Assembly: GCF_023333595.1 (NCBI RefSeq)
Contig: NZ_JAIQZM010000001.1
Location: 460,681-524,680, forward strand
DNA length: 64,000 nt
Source of the DNA: Argonema galeatum A003/A1
GTDB taxonomy: Bacteria > Cyanobacteriota > Cyanobacteriia > Cyanobacteriales > Aerosakkonemataceae
Direction of reading: 5' to 3'
Under the pieces are notes generated by a model. It saw nothing but the letters and a program-made list of their open reading frames with translations. It searched no databases and was not told where the DNA came from. A program made the translations under genes and the position numbers. This document shows, in pieces, positions 42,420 to 51,696 of the stretch (positions are counted from its first letter, which is position 1; each line of letters starts with the position of its first letter).

Positions 42420-42463
42420 CGCAACTACGTACCTAGAAAATCGAAACCCAACCTACAGTACTA

Positions 42464-43444
42464 TCAAGTTCGATAAATTTGCTGTATTCTCTCCAGACTA
42501 TTAGCTGTTGATAAAGTAGAGACGATCGCCTGCAACAAACTTACATCATAAATTGCCGAAATTTCGCTCAAAATAGCCAAACCTGCATCGCCAAATTTCA
42601 GCTTTAAGCCAAGCTCAATACCAAGCATTAGAGCTTGTTTAGTGCGCGTCTGTTCCTCAGTTAACTGCGTCTCAGTTTGGGATAACTGCGCCTCAGTCTG
42701 GGATAACTGCGTCTCAGTTTGGGATAACTGCGCCTCAGTTTGGGATAACTGCGCCTCAGTTTGGGATAACTGCGCCTCAGTTTGGGATAACTGCGCCTCA
42801 GTCTGGGATAACTGCGCCTCCCGTTGCGCCACCAATTCGTCACCTGTGGGGATGGGAGTACCATTAGGATAGCACCAGCGCAACCAAGTACCATTTACGT
42901 TTTCAAATTCACCTTGCCACAAAGTTACTCCTAAACCAACTTCTGGGAAAAAAGCATCATCTTTGGGGATGTAAGATTTTCCCTGTAATTGAAATACTCG
43001 CAGCATGGTGTTTCCCAGCTGGCGCAAGGGATCGTACACCACATAATACATGATCCGCATTCGGGCGTAATCTATTAGCTTGCTACCTAATTCGTTACCG
43101 GGAGTTGGGGAGACAATTTCGATTACCACTTCTGGGGGTTTGCCAAATTCCCAAAAAAGGTACGATCGCACTTGTCTTTCCCACCAATCCTCAGCAGCAG
43201 TAATATTAAGACTGAGGAAAACATCGGGCGCAATTCCAGGTTGACGGATGCTATTAAATAAACCGACATTAGCAGCAGCGATAAAGGGAACGGTAATACC
43301 AGTTTCAGCACCGCTGTAGAAAACGGTTGTTAGCAGACGTTGTTGTTTTTCGTTGATGAAGCTATCCAATGGGGTATCATCTTCTAAGACTAGCCCGCTA
43401 ATATCTGGAAACTGACTCGGATCGAGGATTGAAGGTTCAGACAT
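42464..43444 (-). CDS. Uma2-family (DUF820) protein with an internal (TEAQLSQ)x8 heptad repeat
   Basis: An Uma2-like N-terminal half is followed by a 21-bp x8 DNA tandem repeat at 42655-42825, then a C-terminal helical region. Confidence 0.6.
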   Translation of the reverse strand: MSEPSILDPSQFPDISGLVLEDDTPLDSFINEKQQRLLTTVFYSGAETGITVPFIAAANVGLFNSIRQPGIAPDVFLSLNITAAEDWWERQVRSYLFWEFGKPPEVVIEIVSPTPGNELGSKLIDYARMRIMYYVVYDPLRQLGNTMLRVFQLQGKSYIPKDDAFFPEVGLGVTLWQGEFENVNGTWLRWCYPNGTPIPTGDELVAQREAQLSQTEAQLSQTEAQLSQTEAQLSQTEAQLSQTETQLSQTEAQLSQTETQLTEEQTRTKQALMLGIELGLKLKFGDAGLAILSEISAIYDVSLLQAIVSTLSTANSLERIQQIYRT

Positions 43445-43569
43445 GAGTAGCGGAGTGTGTGGATTTTAAGGGTTTTATGGGCTGATCGTAACATTTGCTA
43501 GGGGCTAGTAGCTAGGGTAAGAAAAAAAAGCTATACTGGTGGGTAATTTCAGGGATTCGAGCCAAAATT

Positions 43570-46500
43570 ATGTTGGAAGCGGGGATTGCTTGGCTAACTG
43601 GATTTGTTTTCCAGCAGGTTCTTAAAGAGATAAAATTAGATGAAATCGCCAAAGAAGCAGCCAAAGATTGGCTAAAAGATTTCTTTAAAAGTTTACCGGG
43701 TGGAATTTATGAAAAGGGACGGGGAATTATTCTGCCGACTGCTACTAAGAAAGCTATCAAGCAGTTTTTGGAGTTGGTGCAAGAAGAGTTACAGGCGCAA
43801 GGTTTGAAGAAACAGGAAGCGAAAGAATATAGCGAATCGCTGATTTTATTTCTGAAAGATAAATCGGTAAGAGAAATTTTGGGAAGCGCGTTTAAAAAAG
43901 ATTGTCAGATAATTGATGCTAAAGCATTAGAGAAGATTTGGAAAACTTTACATTTAGATACGTTACCTGCTGGGTTTGATTGGGAATTAATTGCTAAACA
44001 GTATTGCCGCAAGGTGGTGGAGATTCGGCGAGACTCGGCTGAATTGCGGGCTATTTTGGATTCGGAAAATTTAGAAGCGATTAACGAAAATACTGCTGCT
44101 TCTACGAAAGCATTGGAATCGATCGCCGGAATTATTCCTAAACTCGATCTAGAACTATATCGGGAAAGTTTACAGGAATTTTACGGCAAACTGAAACTGA
44201 ACGTTGTTGATATGACAAACGATCAGTATCGCCTGCTATTGTGGAAAATGTTTATTCCCCAAATGGTGCGGGAAGCATTACCGCCATCGCGCTACGATTT
44301 GCCGAAAGATATTCAGCGCAGGTTATGTGAATCTGGACAAATTGAAGCAGAATTTACTAAGGAAGATTTACATCGCTATCGGGAAAGTTATCTTCAGCAA
44401 GCGATTCGATCGGTGTTGGAAGTTCTCAAAGATCCTAATAATCGTTATGTAGTAATTCTAGGCGATCCGGGGTCGGGAAAATCAACTTTATTACAATATC
44501 TCGCTTTGCAGTGGGCAGAGCAACCAACCGAACAGTTACCATTATTAGTAGAGTTGCGGGGATATGGGCCCGATCGGGCCGCGCCTACCAGCTTTTTAAA
44601 GTTTTTCCACCAGGGAACTCGCACGATCCAAAAGCTAAATCAGGCAGATTTGGATAAACAATTGCGATCGCATGGTGCGTTGGTGATGTTTGATGGGTTG
44701 GATGAGGTGATTAATCGCGATCGCCAAGAAGATGTAATCACGGAAATTATTAGCTTTACCAACGAATACAAAAAAGCGCGAGTGGTGGTGACTTCCCGCA
44801 TCGTTGGTTATAACCCGGAACCGTTGGGAAATGCGGAGTTTCGTCACTTCACGCTCCAAGATTTGGAGCCAAAACAAATCGCAGAATTTCTTCAAAAGTG
44901 GCACGATTTGGCACTGGAGAAAGATCCAGATAGGGAACTTTTACAACAGCGATTGCAAGATGCGATTGCTAATTCTAAAGCAATTGCCGAACTCGCCGGA
45001 AATCCCCTGCTGCTGACGATGATGGCAATTCTCAACCGCCGCCAAGAATTGCCGAGAAATCGAGCGGAATTGTATAAAGAAGCGTCCAAAGTGTTGCTTT
45101 ATGCTTGGGATGTGGATCATAAGAAATTACAAATTTCGCCTGATGCAATTGAAAGTCCAGAAAAACAGGCGATGTTGCGGCAGATTGCCTACGAAATGCA
45201 ATCGGGAGAAAAGGGAATTCGCGGAAATATCATCAGTCGGGACAAGTTGCTGGAAATTATTACCAAGTTTCTGAAAGTGCGGGATTTTTCCCAACCTCGC
45301 GAAAAAGCACAAACCCTGATTAACCAACTGCGCGAACGCAATTTTATTCTCTGTTATTTGGGTGATGAGTATTACGGTTTTGTTCATCGCACGTTTTTGG
45401 AATATTTCTGCGCTTGGGAATTTGTGGATAAGTTTGAAAAGCAGCGCATTTTGACGGAGGAGGAGTTAAAAAACGAGGCGTTTGGGAAACATTGGCAGGA
45501 TGAATCTTGGCATGAAGTGTTGCGGTTGATTTGCGGGATGCTGGCAGAAAAAGTAGCGGGGGAGATGATTGAGTATTTGATGAGTGAAAAGGATGAATCT
45601 GAGTTTATAAATCTAATTTTGGCGGCTGAATGTCTGGTAGAAGTGAGAAATATCTCTACTATTAAATCAACTTCTGCATTACTGCTGGATGCTTTGAAAA
45701 ATGCTACCAAGAAAGTTCGGAAATGGGAAACTGCTACAAAAGTTATTCAGGCGATCGCAACAACCTGGAAAAACGACCCGCAAACCCTACCCCTACTCCA
45801 ATCCTGCGTTCAGTCAGATCCGAATTCGGATGTGCGACGTGCAGCAGTGTATGCGATCGCCTCTAATTACAAAGAAGACCCGCAAACCCTACCCCTACTC
45901 CAATCCTGGGTTCAGTCCGCTCCGAATTTGGTTGTGCGACAAACAGCAGTGGATGCGATCGCCTCCTATTACAAAGAAGACCCGCAAACCCTACCCCTAC
46001 TCCAATCCTGCGTTCAGTCCGATCTGAATTGGAGTGTGCGACGTGCAGCAGTGGATGCGATCGCCCGATATTACCAAGAAGACCCGCAAACCCTACCCCT
46101 ACTCCTATCCTGCGTTCAGTCCGATCCGGATTGGACTGTGCGACAAGCAGCAGTTCAGGCGATCGCCCAATATTACAAAGAAGACCCGCAAACCCTACCC
46201 CTACTCCAATCCTGCGTTCAGTCCGATCCGCATTGGGGTGTGCGACGTGCAGCAGTGAAAGCGATCGTCCTATATTACCAAGAAGACCCGCAAACCCTAC
46301 CCCTACTCCAATCCTGGGTTCAGTCTGATGCGAATTCGGATGTGCGATATGCAGCAGTGGATGCGATCGTCCAATATTACCAAGAAGACCCGCAAACCCT
46401 ACCCCTACTCCAATCCTGCGTTCAGTCCGATGCGAATTGGAATGTGCGACGTGCAGCAGTGGATGCGATCGCCGAAAATTGGAACCAAGAACCTGGAATG

Positions 46501-46710
46501 TTTGAGTTTTTCTACAATTGCGCCATCAACGATCCCTTTGAGCGTGAGGAAGATTGGCAAACTAACCCCCGACAAACTGCTCTTGAAGCAATTCTAGAAC
46601 ATCATGGCGACAATCCCCGCACGCTGGAGTTGTTGCGCGACCGATCCGAACATGAGCCCGATGAGAAGTTGCGGGAATTTGCTAAGAAAAAATTGCAGAA
46701 AAGAAGTTGA
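43570..46710 (+). CDS. NACHT-family STAND NTPase with C-terminal PBS-lyase/HEAT-like repeats (1046 aa)
   Basis: The Walker A motif is 'VVILGDPGSGKSTLLQYLAL' and the Walker B/NACHT core is '...ALVMFDGLDEV'. Seven or more 38-aa HEAT-like repeats 'DPQTLPLLQSCVQSDPNSDVRRAAVDAIA..YYKE' are encoded by 114-bp DNA tandem repeats at 45780-46470. Confidence 0.8.
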   Translation: MLEAGIAWLTGFVFQQVLKEIKLDEIAKEAAKDWLKDFFKSLPGGIYEKGRGIILPTATKKAIKQFLELVQEELQAQGLKKQEAKEYSESLILFLKDKSVREILGSAFKKDCQIIDAKALEKIWKTLHLDTLPAGFDWELIAKQYCRKVVEIRRDSAELRAILDSENLEAINENTAASTKALESIAGIIPKLDLELYRESLQEFYGKLKLNVVDMTNDQYRLLLWKMFIPQMVREALPPSRYDLPKDIQRRLCESGQIEAEFTKEDLHRYRESYLQQAIRSVLEVLKDPNNRYVVILGDPGSGKSTLLQYLALQWAEQPTEQLPLLVELRGYGPDRAAPTSFLKFFHQGTRTIQKLNQADLDKQLRSHGALVMFDGLDEVINRDRQEDVITEIISFTNEYKKARVVVTSRIVGYNPEPLGNAEFRHFTLQDLEPKQIAEFLQKWHDLALEKDPDRELLQQRLQDAIANSKAIAELAGNPLLLTMMAILNRRQELPRNRAELYKEASKVLLYAWDVDHKKLQISPDAIESPEKQAMLRQIAYEMQSGEKGIRGNIISRDKLLEIITKFLKVRDFSQPREKAQTLINQLRERNFILCYLGDEYYGFVHRTFLEYFCAWEFVDKFEKQRILTEEELKNEAFGKHWQDESWHEVLRLICGMLAEKVAGEMIEYLMSEKDESEFINLILAAECLVEVRNISTIKSTSALLLDALKNATKKVRKWETATKVIQAIATTWKNDPQTLPLLQSCVQSDPNSDVRRAAVYAIASNYKEDPQTLPLLQSWVQSAPNLVVRQTAVDAIASYYKEDPQTLPLLQSCVQSDLNWSVRRAAVDAIARYYQEDPQTLPLLLSCVQSDPDWTVRQAAVQAIAQYYKEDPQTLPLLQSCVQSDPHWGVRRAAVKAIVLYYQEDPQTLPLLQSWVQSDANSDVRYAAVDAIVQYYQEDPQTLPLLQSCVQSDANWNVRRAAVDAIAENWNQEPGMFEFFYNCAINDPFEREEDWQTNPRQTALEAILEHHGDNPRTLELLRDRSEHEPDEKLREFAKKKLQKRS

Positions 46711-47051
46711 TTATTGATAGTTTGTTGTTGATTTTTTAGATATCTTGCACCAGTTGCATGACCCGCCAGCCAGGGAATCAATTCCCTGGCTAATAACGCA
46801 AGTTGCTAGTTATATAATTGAGGCTGGTATTAGGTACGTTGTTGCGCTTTAGCGCTCTTATCCAAGTTGGTATAAGAGCGCTAAAGCCCAAACCCCCCAA
46901 CAACATACCCGGAAAGCAAAAATATATGTAGGGACACGGCATCCGGGATATTTTGGCGTTGAGAAAAAGGTTAATTATGCCGTGTCCCTACGACCAGATA
47001 GGCAACGATCGATCTTTTTGGTATATTTGATTTATAACTGAGGAAAAGATC

Positions 47052-47291
47052 GTGCAACCATCCTTACATATCAAAACCAAAATTTTACCGGGAAATAAGA
47101 TAGAAATTGAGATTCCCGAAGCTGCGATCGGCGATGCTGTGGATGTATTTGTCATTTTACCAGAAAAACCAGCCTCAAAACGGGGTTCTGCCGTAGAAAT
47201 GATCGAACAAATCCGCAGTAAACGCCAGTTCAGAAGTGCTGAAGATATAGATAAGCAACTGCAAGAGGAACGGGATTCATGGGACAGCTAA
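47052..47291 (+). CDS. Putative antitoxin (VapB-like) of a type II TA pair
   Basis: A 79-aa ORF overlaps the downstream PIN-domain gene by 13 nt. Confidence 0.5.
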   Translation: MQPSLHIKTKILPGNKIEIEIPEAAIGDAVDVFVILPEKPASKRGSAVEMIEQIRSKRQFRSAEDIDKQLQEERDSWDS

Positions 47292-47722
47292 CACTTCCTT
47301 CATCTGGCATTATTTATGCTGACACATCGGTAGCGATTTATACGATTGAAAGCCACCCTGACTATTATTCGCTACTGCAACCTCTGTGGTTAAAATTTCA
47401 ATTACGCGAACTGGAAATAGCCAGCAGCGAACTAATATTGATGGAAACTTTAGTAGTTCCGTTGAGAAACGCTGATACTACTTTAATCAATGCTTACGAA
47501 CAACTGCTTCTGTCATCCGAAATGCAGCTAATTCCTATCAGCCAATCTATCCTGAGAGAAGTTGCAAATTTGAGGGCAACTACCAGTTTGAGAACACCTG
47601 ATGCGATTCATGCTGCCACCGCTTTATCTATAAATTGTACCCTATTTCTGACGAACGATAAAGGCTTTCGCAATATTGCCAATTTACCCGTTGTTGTCCT
47701 CAGTGAAGTGTTGGCATCTTGA
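47279..47722 (+). CDS. vapC: PIN-domain toxin (VapC-like)
   Basis: 'IIYADTSVAIYTI...LILMETLVVPLRN...DAIHAATALSINCTLFLTNDKGF' contains the PIN acidic residues. Confidence 0.7.
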   Translation: MGQLTLPSSGIIYADTSVAIYTIESHPDYYSLLQPLWLKFQLRELEIASSELILMETLVVPLRNADTTLINAYEQLLLSSEMQLIPISQSILREVANLRATTSLRTPDAIHAATALSINCTLFLTNDKGFRNIANLPVVVLSEVLAS

Positions 47723-47797
47723 ATTACAAAGTTTCCACCGTTCATTCAGCCTCAATAGACATCTCCAGAAATTAAAGGTGCGTTACCTGTAACCCTT

Positions 47798-47837
47798 GTA
47801 GAGACGTTGCATGCAACGTCTCTACATTCTTTTTTGG
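47798..47837 (+). terminator. The same palindromic element 3' of vapC, followed by the T-run ATTCTTTTTT; a likely intrinsic terminator
   Basis: The hairpin GTAGAGACGTTG-CATG-CAACGTCTCTAC is followed by TTTTTT. Confidence 0.55.
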
Positions 47838-47855
47838 AGAGGTCTAATACATTTT

Positions 47856-48269
47856 TTAGGGATACCGTCCTTGCTTAATCAAAATTTTACGTTGAAGTAC
47901 ACGACTGGGAGCATTAAACTTTAGTAATCTTACAGTAACTTCACCAATCTTAGTTATGCCTTGAATTCGACCGTTATTAAGAGAAAAATGCTCGTTCCAA
48001 ACTTGACGGCGTGGGTTAAATAAAGGTACAATTTCACCGCTAATAGAATCAATAGTAGCAAAATCAGAGCCTTTATAGCGGTTACAAGATAAACATGAAA
48101 GAGCTAAATTATCAGCACTGGTTTTACCCCCATGTTTAAGGGCGATGATATGATCTATCTCATGGCTATAGATAGAAACGTCTTGATGAATCAGGCAGTA
48201 TTCACAACGTCCGAAAGCCCTTTCAATAACCAACTTACGCAGTTCGGCAGAAATTAAATTAGAAGTCAT
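47856..48269 (-). CDS. HNH endonuclease (137 aa)
   Basis: 'CEYCLIHQDVSIYSHEIDHIIALKHGGKTSADNLALSCLSCNRYKG' contains the HNH motifs. Confidence 0.8.
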   Translation of the reverse strand: MTSNLISAELRKLVIERAFGRCEYCLIHQDVSIYSHEIDHIIALKHGGKTSADNLALSCLSCNRYKGSDFATIDSISGEIVPLFNPRRQVWNEHFSLNNGRIQGITKIGEVTVRLLKFNAPSRVLQRKILIKQGRYP

Positions 48270-48650
48270 TTAGTTAATGCCAGAATAAGCTCGTGCTTTT
48301 AGTAAAATCATCAGATGTTCTAGCTGTTCGTAAACATCCAATTCTGCTACCTCTGGTGGAGTTAGCGTTGCTTCCCGATTTTTTGACAGCAAAGTTTGCA
48401 GCCGTGTTTGAGCTTGGGGAGAAACTTGAAAAGCAACAATATCTTCCAGAGTCGGACTTTTGATTAAAAAGTCAATAACTTCTTGATAAACTGGAAAAAT
48501 ATCTGTAAAATTTGGGTTCACTTCTGACTGGATTGGTTGATAAATTTCAGGATTCTCCAGAACTTGCCAAAGCAGTTCCGGTAATCGCTCTTGCAAAGGT
48601 TCTAGGCGTTTAGCAAGTTCATCTGGAATTTGAATAGTTAGTTCTGCCAT
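48270..48650 (-). CDS. Hypothetical protein (126 aa) directly abutting the HNH gene; putative partner or antitoxin-like
   Basis: It is contiguous with the HNH start (48269/48270) and acidic/helical. No motif was recognised. Confidence 0.4.
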   Translation of the reverse strand: MAELTIQIPDELAKRLEPLQERLPELLWQVLENPEIYQPIQSEVNPNFTDIFPVYQEVIDFLIKSPTLEDIVAFQVSPQAQTRLQTLLSKNREATLTPPEVAELDVYEQLEHLMILLKARAYSGIN

Positions 48651-48720
48651 TACTTTTGTTAGTTGATTACTTTGTTAAACTTTAGCATTGTGAAGGTGCG
48701 ATCGCATATTTTAAATCTCA

Positions 48721-51696
48721 TCAAATAATCTCCACCGTTCCCCTACTCCCATCAATTCGCACTCTTTGTCCATCGCGCAACAAACGAGTCGCATCGTGAA
48801 TATCCATGACAGCAGGAATTCCGTACTCGCGTGCTACGATCGCACCATGAGATAACCTGCCCCCTACTTCCGCAATTATCCCACCCGCACGCGCCAACAG
48901 GGGAGCCCAGCCAGAGTCGGTGTAAGGTACAACTAATATCGTAGTGCGATCGATCTCGCCAACAGCTTGCAAATTCCGCAGCACCTTGACTCTACCCTCC
49001 GCAAGTCCTGGACTGGCACCAATTCCTTGCCACAGATGGCTGGGGAAGCGATCGTCTATATTCGATGTGGGAGATGCTGCATTACCGTAGATTACTCGTG
49101 GAACTGTATCTAATTGTCGATGTTCTTCCAGTTGCGATCGCCTTTCTGCTATCAACTGCGGCAACCGTTCCAGTAAATCTCGATCGTTTTGTGTTATAAT
49201 TTGTTCGATTTCGGAATATTCTAGAAAAAAGATATCTCCACGTTCGCGAAGCACCACCGAATCAAGCCAGATTTGCTCGATCGCCACAAAACTCCAACGC
49301 AACTCGGCCAGCAACTTACTATAAACTTCAGTTACCCGACCCTTCAGATCGAGGCGACGCTGTACCGACTGAGCCTTCTTGCTAGTCTTTCCAGGCGGTA
49401 CATATTCAGGAGGCAGATTCAGAACAAATTGTGCAAACAGTTCCCTCACGGGGCTAGGATCTTCTTTCCAGGTGGGAACAGCAATATCGGTTCCCACATC
49501 GCTGAGATAGCCGTAAATGTCTAAAAACCGATCGAACTGCTGTAAAATTGATTGTCCATCTGCAATTTCAGCTAACGTAGCAAAGATATTAGGTGCAATT
49601 TTTTGTGCTTCTAAAGGATTGATTCTTTCTGGTTGCGGTAACAAATGACGTGCAGCAGCAGCAAGTTGCTGGAGACTTCGCAAACTCGCAAGTTCCGGCG
49701 TCTTACCAGCATCAAGTTCTTCATCTTTTACTTTAAATATTCCCTGTCGCAACGCCAAACTTAAAGGTGCCAAAATGCTGTAATAAGTAGCGCGTTTGAG
49801 TAATCCCAGGATGAAATTAATTCTTTCTAGTATTGTTTGTGGAGAGTTTAGAGATGTTGCACTGGGGTTCATATCGGCTAACCCTGGGGCAAAGTGGCGT
49901 CGATAGTCTCTTTGAAAATCCTTTTCCAAGCGCAATTCGCGACGCCACAACCTGAGTAATCCCGGCAGATTTTGCAAAGTAGAACGCACAGGTGGTTTGC
50001 TAAACTTCGCGCCAAGAGTCAAAAACTCCAGACTTTCCGGCGGTAGTCCCATACGAAGGAAGATTTGCCCCAACAGGGAGGCGTTGAAATAAGCACGGGA
50101 GTAGTGCAGTGTAGCAGTTTCGTTGAAATCTAAACCATGCGATCGCTTTCCCAACACCAGTGTAAAAATTTCTCCCCAAACACCACAAGTCAGAGGACGA
50201 TTAATTGACCAAGTGAGAGGGCGAATTAATCCCGGAATTACTTCGGCGGCTATCTTTCTTGTCCAAATCGGCCATAAAGTAGTGATCGGGCGCGATTGCA
50301 ACAGCCACAGTGTTTCACCATCATAACTCCACTCAATATCTTGCGGAATGCCATGATATCGCGCTTCCAAATCTCGTGCCAAAACAGCCACTTGCCGAAT
50401 TAACGTTAATGGTACATCTCCGTTTCCCTCAACGCTAACAACACTCTGCTCCTCTGCCCCTCTTCCCCTCTGCTCCTCTGCTACCAAAGCGGCGTTTCTA
50501 ACTATAACTCTGTATTGTTCTGGTGTGACTTTACCAGAAACTATTCGCGAAGCAGCGCCCGGTAAAGCTTCGATCGCAACTGCGTCTCCATATCCGAGCA
50601 TAGGATCGCGGCTGAAGGCAACTCCAGAAAATGCCCCAAAAACTTGTTTTTGAATCAATACAGCCATTGCCGCCTCTGGGAGATGGCGCTGTTGTCGATA
50701 TTCAACAGCACTCGATCGATCGTAAGAAGCCTGACACCGAAGGATTGCTTGTTGCAAACCATCTCGGCTCGTCACATTTAAAATAGTTTCATATTGACCA
50801 GCCGCAGAAGCATATTCCGAATCTTCTCCTATCGCAGAAGAACGCACCACCAAAGGCGACGCTGGAGAAGGTTGCAAAGACTCAATCAAAGGTGTCGGGT
50901 CATCTCCTGGCGGCAAAACCCATCCATCTGGTACTGGGTAGCCCCAACGTTTTAGCTGAGATAATGTTGCAGCTTTTTGTCCTACTTTGGAAGCATCTAG
51001 CTGTTGGTTGAGAGAAATCATCGCTTTGTCGCCACGAAAAAAGCGAAACATTGCTTGAGAATCGCGCTGTCCTGCAACTGGTGCAAGATCTAAATCATCT
51101 GGCATTTTTTTATAGATCCATCCCATTAAAACAGCAAGTGCGATCGCAGCAAAGATACGCGCAGAATCCTGGGGATGCAGACCAGCCAATATCGCTGGTA
51201 ACAGAATTAAAACCGCGATTCGTCCCGCATTACGCTCACGCAAAATTGTAAAGCCAATTCCCCCAATCAAAAACACCAATCCCGCTACCCGCACATCGTG
51301 AACGACAAAACCCCAGAAAACATTGGTTGTCCCAGCGCCTTTGCCCATCCAGTAGCGTCCCATCACCAAAGCAATCAGCGCAATTATTTCCCACTCCGAA
51401 CCACTTGGAAAAAAAGCACGCGCCAGCATTACAGCCGCAATGCCCTTTCCCGCCTCCGATAGCACCGCTAAGATACCTGCAAGGGTTCCGCCGTGGTAGA
51501 AAGCAGCTTGAACTCCAATATTTCCAGTGCCGATTTCTCGCAGCTTGCGTCTTCTGAGTGCGTAAACAATCCACGCAATCACGGGTAACCCTCCTAAGAG
51601 GGGACAGAGGATGAAAATCAGCAAAACACCCCAAACTTGGGTCAGTGTCATAAGTGCGCGGGAGTGGGAGAGTGGGAGAGTGGCAAGAAAAGTCAA
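48721..51696 (-). CDS. Fusion protein: N-terminal PlsY-like (acyl-phosphate:glycerol-3-phosphate acyltransferase) membrane domain + PEP-synthase/rifampin-phosphotransferase-like ATP-grasp and C-terminal PEP-utilising mobile His domain (991 aa)
   Basis: The N-terminus 'GGLPVIAWIVYALRRRKLREIGTGNIGVQAAFYHGG...KGIAAV' resembles PlsY ('GSGN.GATN'). The middle region 'VVRSSAIGEDSEYASAAGQYETILNV' matches the PPDK/PEPS N-domain. The C-terminus 'GGRLSHGAIVAREYGIPAV' is the PEP-utilising-enzyme His motif. No C-terminal TIM-barrel PEP-binding domain is present. Confidence 0.65.
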   Translation of the reverse strand: MTFLATLPLSHSRALMTLTQVWGVLLIFILCPLLGGLPVIAWIVYALRRRKLREIGTGNIGVQAAFYHGGTLAGILAVLSEAGKGIAAVMLARAFFPSGSEWEIIALIALVMGRYWMGKGAGTTNVFWGFVVHDVRVAGLVFLIGGIGFTILRERNAGRIAVLILLPAILAGLHPQDSARIFAAIALAVLMGWIYKKMPDDLDLAPVAGQRDSQAMFRFFRGDKAMISLNQQLDASKVGQKAATLSQLKRWGYPVPDGWVLPPGDDPTPLIESLQPSPASPLVVRSSAIGEDSEYASAAGQYETILNVTSRDGLQQAILRCQASYDRSSAVEYRQQRHLPEAAMAVLIQKQVFGAFSGVAFSRDPMLGYGDAVAIEALPGAASRIVSGKVTPEQYRVIVRNAALVAEEQRGRGAEEQSVVSVEGNGDVPLTLIRQVAVLARDLEARYHGIPQDIEWSYDGETLWLLQSRPITTLWPIWTRKIAAEVIPGLIRPLTWSINRPLTCGVWGEIFTLVLGKRSHGLDFNETATLHYSRAYFNASLLGQIFLRMGLPPESLEFLTLGAKFSKPPVRSTLQNLPGLLRLWRRELRLEKDFQRDYRRHFAPGLADMNPSATSLNSPQTILERINFILGLLKRATYYSILAPLSLALRQGIFKVKDEELDAGKTPELASLRSLQQLAAAARHLLPQPERINPLEAQKIAPNIFATLAEIADGQSILQQFDRFLDIYGYLSDVGTDIAVPTWKEDPSPVRELFAQFVLNLPPEYVPPGKTSKKAQSVQRRLDLKGRVTEVYSKLLAELRWSFVAIEQIWLDSVVLRERGDIFFLEYSEIEQIITQNDRDLLERLPQLIAERRSQLEEHRQLDTVPRVIYGNAASPTSNIDDRFPSHLWQGIGASPGLAEGRVKVLRNLQAVGEIDRTTILVVPYTDSGWAPLLARAGGIIAEVGGRLSHGAIVAREYGIPAVMDIHDATRLLRDGQRVRIDGSRGTVEII

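Noticed and set aside
42642-42894. 76-77-aa repeat-rich ORFs on both strands
   Set aside because: They are artefacts of the 21-bp tandem repeat inside the Uma2-family gene.
45780-46470. Regular ~114-bp direct repeats that superficially look like a CRISPR array
   Set aside because: The units are contiguous with no unique spacers, are imperfect, and translate in frame as HEAT-like protein repeats.
45701-46597. Several 74-108-aa ORFs in alternative frames across the HEAT-repeat region of the NACHT gene
   Set aside because: They are generated by the 114-bp DNA tandem repeats inside a clearly coding 1046-aa frame.
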